DNA from: Verrucomicrobiales bacterium
Lineage (GTDB): Bacteria > Verrucomicrobiota > Verrucomicrobiia > Verrucomicrobiales > V1-33
Reading direction: 5' to 3'
Length of the DNA: 29,087 nt
NCBI GenBank assembly: GCA_031411295.1
Contig: JANOAV010000154.1
Location: 1 to 29,087 of the forward strand
This document shows positions 1-8,540 of the stretch, piece after piece. The notes under the pieces were generated by a model, which worked only from the letters and a program-made list of their open reading frames with translations, was not told the origin of the DNA and did no database searches. The stretch's first letter is position 1. Each line of letters opens with the position of its first letter. Made by a program: the position numbers and the translations under genes.

Positions 1-137
1 AAACGGATCTGCGAAACGCCATCGAAGCCTTTATCCAAGCCACCAATAATCACCCGCGACCATTTGTGTGGCGCAAGAGAGAGGTCAAAGGCGCCCAGCT
101 TAGAAATACAATTGTTAACTTGTGCAACTAAGCACTA
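1..137 (+). mobile_element. Right end of an IS630-family insertion sequence (transposase C-terminus 3..131, terminus ...GCAC|TA)
   Basis: Frame 3 reads TDLRNAIEAFIQATNNHPRPFVWRKREVKGAQLRNTIVNLCN*, matching the IS630 C-terminal pattern L..AI..FI..N..P.PF.W.K. It is followed directly by GCACTAG, consistent with an IS630 end and TA target. Confidence 0.8.
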
Positions 138-1530
138 GTTCTATGGAACCGTCGGATGCTGGTGCCCCCCATGTTAACCAATAGAAGTCACCCTGCTGGG
201 CGGCGGGGATCATGTCAAAATATTGCATTGCCAGCGCGCGATCATCATTCTGTATGGCCATGGCAATCAGCCGAGTGGCAAGCGTGCCACGAACGCCTTC
301 TGGTAGCTCTGCCACGGCCTGCACGTCGTGATAGTTAGAGCTTAACATCATGGATACCGCTAGCGAATTCACCATCATGTCACGGATCAGGTCATCGGGC
401 AGCGCTGCGGCCTGCTGTAAAGTGTCGATCACATTTCCACTGATGGCATGGCAGCCGAGCTTGGCACCCGTGCGTTCGAAATCCTGAAACATGGCATAAA
501 CATCGCTCAAATTAGCATTTTTGCCTAGCCGGAAATCTTCATTGAAACTCACCCCGAGCAACGCACCATCAGGCAGGCTCCGCGTGAACTCCAGGGCTGC
601 CTGCGGGGACTCCTTTTGCAAGCCCGTGGCCACGAGATAGCGTGCCTCCGCCAAGGCTGCATCAGGCAAAGTTACGTCTTGAAGCCATACTTGCGTGAGG
701 TGGATATCTTGAATTGCAGTCCAGCGCAAAGTGGACACCAAGGCGGCATCACGTGCCGCATCGGGCGCCAATCCCTGCGCCCATGCCCACGCCTGTGCAG
801 GGTCTGTGCGCGCAAGGCCCTGTGCTAGTGCGGCGGCAAGTTTACTTTGCGAGGATTCGGTTCCAGAAAAGTTGCCGTAAAATTTACTAGCCCGGGTTGC
901 ATCCGCTGCCGCAATCCTAGCCAGACATCGTTCCATGGCATAGTTTTCCAATTTTTCTGGATGCAGCCCGATCCAGAATTCAGTATATGAACGTAACTCG
1001 GAATCAGTCGCATCCTGGCACATTAGAAATGAAATATCATATTTCTCAGCAGGCTGCCCGCCGAGCCAAGCGCAAGCTGCAGCAGGTGCCAGACGCATCC
1101 ATGCTGCCACCAATAAAGTGCCCCGATCTCCGTCATGATCTGGCAACGCTGCAAACCATGCAATCCCATCCAGCGGAGCGATCTCAGCCCAGCGTTTCAG
1201 AATGGCCGACTCCGCGAGATCCTTTTCGGGAGATTTGTAGGGCAGCTTTTCCGCCTGCGCCCACAAGTCTGTGAGGCTGCTAGCACCAGCTTCCGCAGCC
1301 TGGCGCATCAAGCTTTCCGCAGAGGCAAATGCCGCATCTGCCAAGTTCGTTTCTTCCGTCTTCCCATCCTGATCAGCACTGTCGGCAACCGGCTTTAGAT
1401 CGGCCTTCGTTACCTCCTGATAAACCGCAGAGTTCGACTGCTGAACCTTTACGGCACGTCCGCTCTCAGCGCAAAACCAACCGGTCAGCGTCCCCAAGCA
1501 GATCGGCAGCATCCATCGCAGCATCAACAT
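115..1530 (-). CDS. Hypothetical exported/anchored helical-repeat protein; 3' end replaced by IS630 sequence
   Basis: 471-aa ORF with a hydrophobic N-terminus and repeated W..(I/L/D)AP..A..W motifs (RWAEIAPLDGIAW, AWMRLAPAAACAW, RTDPAQAWAW). The last residues VLSCTS* lie inside the IS end. Confidence 0.75.
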   Translation of the reverse strand: MLMLRWMLPICLGTLTGWFCAESGRAVKVQQSNSAVYQEVTKADLKPVADSADQDGKTEETNLADAAFASAESLMRQAAEAGASSLTDLWAQAEKLPYKSPEKDLAESAILKRWAEIAPLDGIAWFAALPDHDGDRGTLLVAAWMRLAPAAACAWLGGQPAEKYDISFLMCQDATDSELRSYTEFWIGLHPEKLENYAMERCLARIAAADATRASKFYGNFSGTESSQSKLAAALAQGLARTDPAQAWAWAQGLAPDAARDAALVSTLRWTAIQDIHLTQVWLQDVTLPDAALAEARYLVATGLQKESPQAALEFTRSLPDGALLGVSFNEDFRLGKNANLSDVYAMFQDFERTGAKLGCHAISGNVIDTLQQAAALPDDLIRDMMVNSLAVSMMLSSNYHDVQAVAELPEGVRGTLATRLIAMAIQNDDRALAMQYFDMIPAAQQGDFYWLTWGAPASDGSIELVLSCTS

Positions 1531-1597
1531 GCGAGTAGCTTATGGCGAATTATGGAAATTACAATCAAAAAGGACGCGTTGCAGTTGTAGAATGTTA

Positions 1598-4500
1598 TCA
1601 AACACGCCCCAAATTCGGCACACTGGGAGCCCCTTCATAATGAAGTCCGGGCAGCAGGTGTTCTCCCTTCATGATGACACTGTGGCTGGCGACGTGGGTG
1701 CGTTCCCCGATGTCCGCTCCATAGAGTGGCACCGAGTTGCTGCCCAGCGTAGCCCAACGTCGGACATAGACGTGGTCGATTTTGAGGACCCGGTCTTCAA
1801 AGGTATGGGCTTGGTAGCTGGCATTCACCGTGGCCCCGTCCTCAATGTGGATCATGTCCGGGTCCACCACTTGCGCAAAGCCACTGCCAAGCACCACGCG
1901 TTTTCCCAACTTCATACCCATCGCGCGCAGATACCAGTTCAGGAGGAGGGTGCCTTCCAGCATGACCAAGGAAGAGGCGTATTGGCCCCAGGCAACATAA
2001 AGAAAATCCCACCGACTGCACCAGCACGACCACAAGGCATGTTGTCCCGGGTGAACTTTGCCTAGCAGAACCCATTTCAGCGCCAAAATGAAGCCACAAA
2101 GGAAGCTCACCGCCCCAAAGCTTATCAGCGGAATCATGGCAAAGGTGGCCGTCGCTTGCAACTGAATCCAAACCGCCAAAACGCACAATGGCAAAAGCGG
2201 CAACGCAAAGCGCAAGGCTTCCCAGAACACGCGATTCCAATAGCGAATCCAGGAGGGCTCATGGGTCAAACTGCGATCCATTTCCACCAGCTCGCGACGA
2301 GGTAATTCAAAGGGTGGGAGTCCGAACCAGGACGTGCCGGGACGAATTACGGCATCATTCGCAACGGTGCAGACGCCCAACAAAATAGCATCAGGTAAAC
2401 ATTGCCCAGCGGAAATCACGACATGATTTCCCAGAAAGGTATTCTGCCCGAGTTGCGTCTTCCGCAGCGTAACGACACCCCGATGCAGGCGCGGCCCGCC
2501 GAGGTAAATGCCGTCTGCAAAAAACGTGGTGGCACCAATTTCGATGTGCTCTGGGACCACGTCAATGATGGTGCTAATCTCACAGCCAGCGCCCACCTTC
2601 ATGCCTGCGGCCCGCAGCCACAGGGGCCAGAATAAGGTGCCGCTGAGCCATTTTCCGGCGGACTCCAGCATCCCAGTCTTGAGCCAAACCCTGACATACG
2701 CCAGACTCCGACAACTGATCGATCCTTCCTGAACTCGCCCGAGCAGGCGCATGAGGAGCGCTTCAAATACTAACGTTAGCGGCACCCCGATCACGGCAAT
2801 CGCGAGCCCCATTTCCAGAGTCCAGGTGGCCGCGGCATGGTGGAACCATTCCAACATATTACCCGCGGGTCGGTCCTGCAGCAAACAAACCAACACTGTT
2901 AGCATTTCCAACGGCAGCGCGAGGAGCAGGAGCAGAGTGGAACGGCCGAGGACCATGGCCAAATTAAATTTCGCAGCTGAAAGCACTTGAGCCCCTTCCG
3001 GCAAGATTTCCGCCGGAGGAGCGCGATCCAGGAAACGGGCCGGAATCCCATCCCAGCGTTCCCCTTGAGGAATACGCCCCCCGGTGGACAGCGAGGAGAG
3101 GGCCGTGAGATAACCGTTAGCCTCCACTGTCGTATGCCCGCCTACCACCGCTCGAATATCCAACGTCGCACCGTCGCCCAAAGTGACTGGAGCGATGACG
3201 ATATCACCATCATCGAGTTCGACCAGCTGCAACGCGGCATCTTGGCTGAGCGTGACGTTGTCCCCAATCGCCAGCAGGTCCCAGCCTCCCTGAAGCAGAT
3301 TCACGCCACGATGGATCTGCACGTGCCGGCCGATCTTAGCCCCCAAGGCCCGCAGCGCCACTAATTGAAAGCTGGTTCCTTCCACCGAATGCCATGGGAT
3401 GAGTTTCACGGCCTGCTGGACGATCCAGTTTCTTAAATAGAAATTTCCCCACACGGGAGCGCGGAGAGCGTGGTAGCGTCCGATCAGCAGTCGCTTGAGC
3501 AGCACCGTAAAGGCCAAAGCCAGCGGTGTATAGACCATGAAGGACAGGATTCCTAGCAACGGGATGACGAAGAGAAAGGCCACCACTCCCAGCTCACCAG
3601 CGAGCCAAGGAACGAAAGAGAAGCTCGCCCAATACACGGCCCATGAAGCAATGGAAAAAGTGACCACAAGCCAGAGTGCCTGGAGCGTTGTCACCAAAAA
3701 CGGCCGCCCTTGCAGCCGATCTTTCTCCGCCATTTTCGGTCTTGGCGCGCTGGCCTCCATGCTTGGAGCCTTCAGCGCCAGAGCCGCCATGGTGCGGGAC
3801 TCATAAATGTCGCGCACCGTCACCCAAGCCGTGATCGGGTCCTGCCGCAGCATCGTCACCAGTTGCGCGGCCCGCAGCGAGTCTCCGCCGCGTTGCTTGA
3901 AGAAATCAGCTTCCACCGAAACCTCCGTCAACCGCAGCACGCTCCCGCAGGATCGCGCCAAGGCCGTCTCCAGGGCATTCCTCGGCGGCACCAGCGGTCC
4001 ATCCTGGAGGGGCACCTCGCCCTCCAGCAACGGCAGGTCGGCCCGCTTGAGTTTCCCGCCCACCGTCGTGGGGAATTTTGGCAGAAATCCAAAACGGGCT
4101 GGCACCATGTAGCTTGGAAGATGCGCTTCCACCGCCGCTTGCAGCGCTGCGGAATCCGGCGGAGCAGCGACATCTTCGGGGATGATAAACGCGACCAAAA
4201 TTTGGCTATCGCCCTCCTCCTGCACCCGACAAGCCGCCGCCCGGACCCCGGGACAGTGCATCAGAGTCGATTCAATTTCGGTCAACTCAATCCGGTAGCC
4301 CCGAACCTTCACCTGCGAATCCATCCGGCCATGATAATGATAATTTCCCGCCGCATCGCAGTGCACCAAATCTCCGGTGCGATACAGCAGTCCCAGCAAC
4401 GGGTGCGTGATAAATTTTTCCGCCGTTAGTTGCGGACTATTCCAATAACCCCGCGCCAGACCGATCCCACCGAGACACAATTCTCCTTCCTGCCCCTGCG

Positions 4501-5527
4501 CCAATTCATTTCCTGAAGCATCCAACACCCGCGCGGAAATCCCCGTTACCGGCTGTCCAATCGTGATCGGCCCGCCTTCCACAATGTCTCCGCGCAGGCA
4601 GGTCACGGTGCATTCGGTCGGCCCATAGCCATTCACCCTGCGGCGGCCCCGAGACCAGCGATCCGCCACATCCTGCGGCAACGCTTCGCCCCCAACGTAG
4701 AGTAATTTCAACTCTGGCAGGGCAGTCTCCGGATCCGCACAGCCCGTGGCTCGCAGCAACGTGGGCGGAGGACAGAAGACGGTAATCCGCTCGCGCTGGA
4801 GCCAGGGAATCAAATCAGGCCCGAGCCGGGCCGTGTCATCATCCATCACCACCACCGTGGCCCCGGCGGCCAACGCTAACCACGTTTCCTCGACGGATGA
4901 ATCATAGGCTGCCGAAGATCCCTGCCCCACCCGGTTCGTCTGGACTAACTGAAATTCCGCGACATCACTGGTCACCAAATTCACGATACTCCGATGCTCG
5001 ATCAGAACCCCTTTGGGCCGTCCCGTGGTTCCTGAAGTGTAGATCACATAGGCCAAACTCTCCGGCGTGAGCCACGTGGGATGAGATCGGTTTCGCGTTG
5101 GCGCGTGAGCCACATTCATCACGGAGGGAGCACGGAACGACAAGGCCGCGAGCCGCTGGCAGCCGAGTGGGTCTGAGAACGTGGCCACCGCAGCCGAGTC
5201 TTCCAAAATATCACAAACCCGTTCATCGGGGAAACTTGGATCAATGCAAACATAGGCTGCCCCGGCTTTGAGAACCGCCAATTGAGCCGCATAGAGCAGC
5301 GCCGAGTTTCTTGGCAAAAGAATCGCCACGAGGCACTCCCCGCTGACAACAGGTTCCAGCGATCCCGCCAGCGCCTCGGACTGTCGGTGCAGCTCCGCAT
5401 AGGTGAGTTGGATCCGCTCGCTGCGATCCGTCCCCGGCGGCACTTCAATCGCCACGGCATTGGGAAATCGCGCTGCGGAGCGTTCAAAAATTTGGTGTAA
5501 TAGCAAACCGGCGGTTGAATCCTTCAT
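1598..5527 (-). CDS. Pls/PosA-family membrane-bound single-module NRPS-like synthetase (A-PCP-TM with three left-handed beta-helix-like C-terminal domains)
   Basis: A-domain cores YVIYTSGTTGRPKG, NGYGPTE, YRTGD and QVKVRGYRIEL. PCP motif FF..GGDSL. Three acyltransferase-like repeats (ALGAKIG, AAGMKVG, AMGMKLG) separated by hydrophobic TM pairs. No C or TE domain. Confidence 0.9.
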   Translation of the reverse strand: MKDSTAGLLLHQIFERSAARFPNAVAIEVPPGTDRSERIQLTYAELHRQSEALAGSLEPVVSGECLVAILLPRNSALLYAAQLAVLKAGAAYVCIDPSFPDERVCDILEDSAAVATFSDPLGCQRLAALSFRAPSVMNVAHAPTRNRSHPTWLTPESLAYVIYTSGTTGRPKGVLIEHRSIVNLVTSDVAEFQLVQTNRVGQGSSAAYDSSVEETWLALAAGATVVVMDDDTARLGPDLIPWLQRERITVFCPPPTLLRATGCADPETALPELKLLYVGGEALPQDVADRWSRGRRRVNGYGPTECTVTCLRGDIVEGGPITIGQPVTGISARVLDASGNELAQGQEGELCLGGIGLARGYWNSPQLTAEKFITHPLLGLLYRTGDLVHCDAAGNYHYHGRMDSQVKVRGYRIELTEIESTLMHCPGVRAAACRVQEEGDSQILVAFIIPEDVAAPPDSAALQAAVEAHLPSYMVPARFGFLPKFPTTVGGKLKRADLPLLEGEVPLQDGPLVPPRNALETALARSCGSVLRLTEVSVEADFFKQRGGDSLRAAQLVTMLRQDPITAWVTVRDIYESRTMAALALKAPSMEASAPRPKMAEKDRLQGRPFLVTTLQALWLVVTFSIASWAVYWASFSFVPWLAGELGVVAFLFVIPLLGILSFMVYTPLALAFTVLLKRLLIGRYHALRAPVWGNFYLRNWIVQQAVKLIPWHSVEGTSFQLVALRALGAKIGRHVQIHRGVNLLQGGWDLLAIGDNVTLSQDAALQLVELDDGDIVIAPVTLGDGATLDIRAVVGGHTTVEANGYLTALSSLSTGGRIPQGERWDGIPARFLDRAPPAEILPEGAQVLSAAKFNLAMVLGRSTLLLLLALPLEMLTVLVCLLQDRPAGNMLEWFHHAAATWTLEMGLAIAVIGVPLTLVFEALLMRLLGRVQEGSISCRSLAYVRVWLKTGMLESAGKWLSGTLFWPLWLRAAGMKVGAGCEISTIIDVVPEHIEIGATTFFADGIYLGGPRLHRGVVTLRKTQLGQNTFLGNHVVISAGQCLPDAILLGVCTVANDAVIRPGTSWFGLPPFELPRRELVEMDRSLTHEPSWIRYWNRVFWEALRFALPLLPLCVLAVWIQLQATATFAMIPLISFGAVSFLCGFILALKWVLLGKVHPGQHALWSCWCSRWDFLYVAWGQYASSLVMLEGTLLLNWYLRAMGMKLGKRVVLGSGFAQVVDPDMIHIEDGATVNASYQAHTFEDRVLKIDHVYVRRWATLGSNSVPLYGADIGERTHVASHSVIMKGEHLLPGLHYEGAPSVPNLGRV

Positions 5528-6081
5528 ACAGGCGCAGTCTCAGCGCATTGGCTTAAGAGGCAACTAAGATGAGGAGCCAGTGAGGGTGCCAACTGGTGCT
5601 GCTGCGCTGGGGTCAAATACTTAAAGCCTTGGATCGTGCCCAGGCAATGCGCACTGCCGCAATGACAATCGAACGGTTCGGACATCTCATATTCATTGGT
5701 GTTGTAATCAAAGGTCACGTCCTCCCACGGGCTGATGTCTCGGGTAGCGATCACCTCCTGCAAACTAAGTTTCACATTAGGATCACAACTGTGATTCATA
5801 AATCGCCAATAGTAGCGGTCCAAAATTTCCTCTCCACTGTGCCAGTTTTCGAGATCGATGTGGAGATCCTGACCGATCTGGACGGAATACCGCGAGGCCC
5901 GATGTGTTTGCTCGCCTTCAATCCGAAACAGATGCGTCCCTTTGGCAATGGGGCGCACGGCAACCAAGCGAAAGGCCCCATCCGCCCGCACCACCCCGAC
6001 CAAATTAGAGTGCGTGGCACGGATGGGGAGGCCTGCTTCAAGGCTAATTTCAGATGGTTCAAAGGAGGTTGCGAATTTCAT
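5524..6081 (-). CDS. SET-domain (lysine) N-methyltransferase with post-SET zinc motif
   Basis: RFMNHSCDPN, EDVTFDY and post-SET CHCGSAHC. The stop overlaps the NRPS start (ATGA at 5527-5524). ATG 6081 preferred; GTG 6144 possible. Confidence 0.88.
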   Translation of the reverse strand: MKFATSFEPSEISLEAGLPIRATHSNLVGVVRADGAFRLVAVRPIAKGTHLFRIEGEQTHRASRYSVQIGQDLHIDLENWHSGEEILDRYYWRFMNHSCDPNVKLSLQEVIATRDISPWEDVTFDYNTNEYEMSEPFDCHCGSAHCLGTIQGFKYLTPAQQHQLAPSLAPHLSCLLSQCAETAPV

Positions 6082-6237
6082 GGAATGATGTCCTGGGTGG
6101 GGGGGCTGGGAAAAAATCTTGCCCGCAGACTCTCCCGCGTTCACCTTAATTTGCGATGAAGCGCCTCGCGTTTCATCAAATCAAGGATCGGGTAGGGATG
6201 AGCCATCGCAGCCCCAGTTCTCCCGTCGAACCGGATT

Positions 6238-6317
6238 GGTGGTCCGCACAGTCCTGTGTGCGGCTTGTGTGGAAAAGCGACCGCCGTGGAACCGCACAGA
6301 GGGCTGTGCGGACCACC
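6238..6317. repeat. REP doublet (REPIN-like inverted repeat)
   Basis: Arms 6238-6263 (GGTGGTCCGCACAGTCCTGTGTGCGG) and 6292-6317 are inverted copies with 24/26 identity. Each arm is itself an imperfect palindrome preceded by GTGG; spacer 28 nt. Confidence 0.75.
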
Positions 6318-6401
6318 TCTTATTTGAAACAACGGCTCGTCCGTCATCTTGAATTTTTCTGTCCCAATTTCCCCGGCAGAGGCTATGGTCCTAGTGAACC
6401 C

Positions 6402-6944
6402 ATGGCCGAAATTAAACCACTATCGATGGAGCAGCAGAAGGAGTTGATGCGTCTGATGACCCAGCATCAACGCCGACTGTTCGGCTACATTTACACCATG
6501 CTCCCGAATCGGGAGGCGGCGGAGGACATCTTGCAGGAGACAAGCCTGACCATTTGTGAGAAATTTTCCCAGTTCACCCCCGGCACGGATTTTGTGGCCT
6601 GGGCGTTTCAGGTGGCTTACTGGGAAGTGCGTCGGGCGAAACAGAAGTATGCCCGTTCCAGGTTGGTATTTGGCGAGGATGCGCTGGCCGCAGTTGCCGC
6701 CACGGCTGCAGAAATGGCCCCGGAAATGGATGTGCGTCATGAGGCGCTGCAGCATTGTCTGAAGAAACTGCATCCGCGGGATCGGGAGTTTGTCCTGCTG
6801 CGCTACGAAAGTCCCCAAGGCGTGGAAGCGGCCGCCAAGCGCGTGGGACGGTCATTGTTTGCCGCTTACAAAGCGCTGAATCGAATTCGGAAATTATTGT
6901 TGGATTGTGTGAGCAATCGTTTGGAACTGGAGGCTAACTCATGA
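6402..6944 (+). CDS. ECF sigma-70 factor, Rhodopirellula/Verrucomicrobium type
   Basis: Region 2 (HQRRLFGYI...AEDILQET...FVAWA) and region 4 (LKKLHPRDREFVLLRY...YKALNRIRKLLLDC). ATG 6402 gives 180 aa. ATGA overlap with the next gene. Confidence 0.9.
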   Translation: MAEIKPLSMEQQKELMRLMTQHQRRLFGYIYTMLPNREAAEDILQETSLTICEKFSQFTPGTDFVAWAFQVAYWEVRRAKQKYARSRLVFGEDALAAVAATAAEMAPEMDVRHEALQHCLKKLHPRDREFVLLRYESPQGVEAAAKRVGRSLFAAYKALNRIRKLLLDCVSNRLELEANS

Positions 6945-8458
6945 ATGAAGAACTATCACTAACAGACGCAGAGCGGCTGGAAATCGAATCCTGGTGCCAT
7001 GCTTTGGTGGACGGCATTATTTCTGCCGAGGACCATGCCGCCTTGGAACAACGGATTCAAAATAATGCGGCCGCCCGTCGCTTGTATGTCCGCTGCATGG
7101 GACTATCCGCCAGCCTGCAGGAGTATGCTGGCGGGAGTCTGGCGAACAGCAAGGTGACACCAATGCGCAGCTCGAAAGCAACTTGGCTCTGGTGGACCGG
7201 GGCTGCTGCGGCGGCTTTGGTGGGTGCTTGGTTGGTGTTTTCTCATCAGCCGGGAACAGCGCCCACCGTCGCGCTCGAGGAGGAAGCGGCTGAGGGGATT
7301 GCCATGCTGGCATCCACGGAAAATTGCACTTGGGAGAAAGGGAGCCCTGCAGTTGGGGAATCGTTCTCCGCTGGTCGCACCCTGCATTTACTGAAGGGGT
7401 TGGCCGAAGTGGCCTTTGATTGTGGCGCCCGGGTGATGTTGCAAGGGCCGACCACGGTGGAGCTGACTTCCGCTTGGGCCGCCACGCTGAAGCAGGGATC
7501 GCTCCATGCCAATGTGCCGCCAGAGGCCATTGGTTTCCGCGTGGTGAATCCTGAAGTGGATGTGGTCGATCTGGGCACGGAATTCAGCGTGGTGACGGAT
7601 GAGTCAGGTGCCAGCGAAGTCTTTGTGCATCAAGGCGCAGTGGAAGTGCACCCCAAGGGCCGCAAACCGAACGAGACCAAGGCTCGCAAAGGAGTCATGC
7701 GCGAGAAGGAGTCACGTCGCTTCGCACAAGGCGCCACCTCTGAGGTTCGCAATGCGGACCAAAAATGGCTCGCTCTGGCTAGACCAGCGTCGATGCCGGT
7801 GCAGTTCCAACCAAGTCAGCAACAGAGTTGGGATTGGCAGACGGGAAATTTGACGGACTTGACAGTCACCCATCCTGAGCAGGTCAAATTCGTCAGTGCT
7901 CCCTTCGGCCAAGCGCTCAAGTTCGATGGCTCTTATGGCGCGCAAGTCACCACGCCGAGCATCACGAAAGATGACGCGCACACCATCGGCCTGTGGGTGA
8001 AGATCGCTCCTGATTCACCCCTCGCAGACGCCCCGCCATTTCTCTCCTGGAGATCTCATGGCCGTAGCGCGTTGATTGAAGCTGGCACCAATGACGACCC
8101 CGCTCACGGAGTGGTGGGAGCGTTGGAAATACGAATTGGGAATCGGAAAATCGTGGGCACGAAATCCCTGCGGGATGGTGCTTGGCATCATGTGGCGATT
8201 GTGCTGGTGAAGGTCTCGAAACCTCAGGGCAACAGCGATTGGCAAGTGCGCCCATTTTTGGATGGGCGCCAAGAGGTCAAATCGGGTAAAGGCGTCGCCA
8301 AGAAAAGTAAAAGCAAACCACAGCCCGGCTTCTGGTTGGCCTCTGGCGTCAACGACGAGGCCGGGGAGTATTTCTCTGGCGAAGTGGGTGGCCTGGTGCT
8401 GGCGGACGGGGTGCTGACGCAGCCAGAGATTCGACGGTTGATGAATAAGGAATTATAA
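6941..8458 (+). CDS. FecR-domain anti-sigma factor with C-terminal LamG-like domain
   Basis: N-terminal anti-sigma helices, one TM (WLWWTGAAAAALVGAWLVF), FecR motif VVDLGTEFSV...VHQGAVEV, and LamG-like DGAWHHVAIV. Confidence 0.85.
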   Translation: MNEELSLTDAERLEIESWCHALVDGIISAEDHAALEQRIQNNAAARRLYVRCMGLSASLQEYAGGSLANSKVTPMRSSKATWLWWTGAAAAALVGAWLVFSHQPGTAPTVALEEEAAEGIAMLASTENCTWEKGSPAVGESFSAGRTLHLLKGLAEVAFDCGARVMLQGPTTVELTSAWAATLKQGSLHANVPPEAIGFRVVNPEVDVVDLGTEFSVVTDESGASEVFVHQGAVEVHPKGRKPNETKARKGVMREKESRRFAQGATSEVRNADQKWLALARPASMPVQFQPSQQQSWDWQTGNLTDLTVTHPEQVKFVSAPFGQALKFDGSYGAQVTTPSITKDDAHTIGLWVKIAPDSPLADAPPFLSWRSHGRSALIEAGTNDDPAHGVVGALEIRIGNRKIVGTKSLRDGAWHHVAIVLVKVSKPQGNSDWQVRPFLDGRQEVKSGKGVAKKSKSKPQPGFWLASGVNDEAGEYFSGEVGGLVLADGVLTQPEIRRLMNKEL

Positions 8459-8540
8459 ATCTCGGGGGCGGGTTCAGGAGCGATTCGGGAACTATTCCTG
8501 AAACATCATTTTGCAGCGTAGGGCTGCGTTGATTCTGCCC

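Noticed and set aside
115..1530. Third member of the SET-Pls operon
   Set aside because: It is co-oriented and only 67 bp downstream, but is a generic repeat protein with no biosynthetic motif and is IS-disrupted. A functional link is unsupported.
6082..6401. SAM or lysine riboswitch upstream of the SET-Pls unit
   Set aside because: No recognisable riboswitch consensus; the strong structure is explained by a REP-like doublet. An Rfam scan would be needed to exclude it fully.
6156..6401. N-terminal extension of the sigma-factor ORF and overlapping small ORFs
   Set aside because: It runs through the REP doublet; sigma homology starts after ATG 6402.
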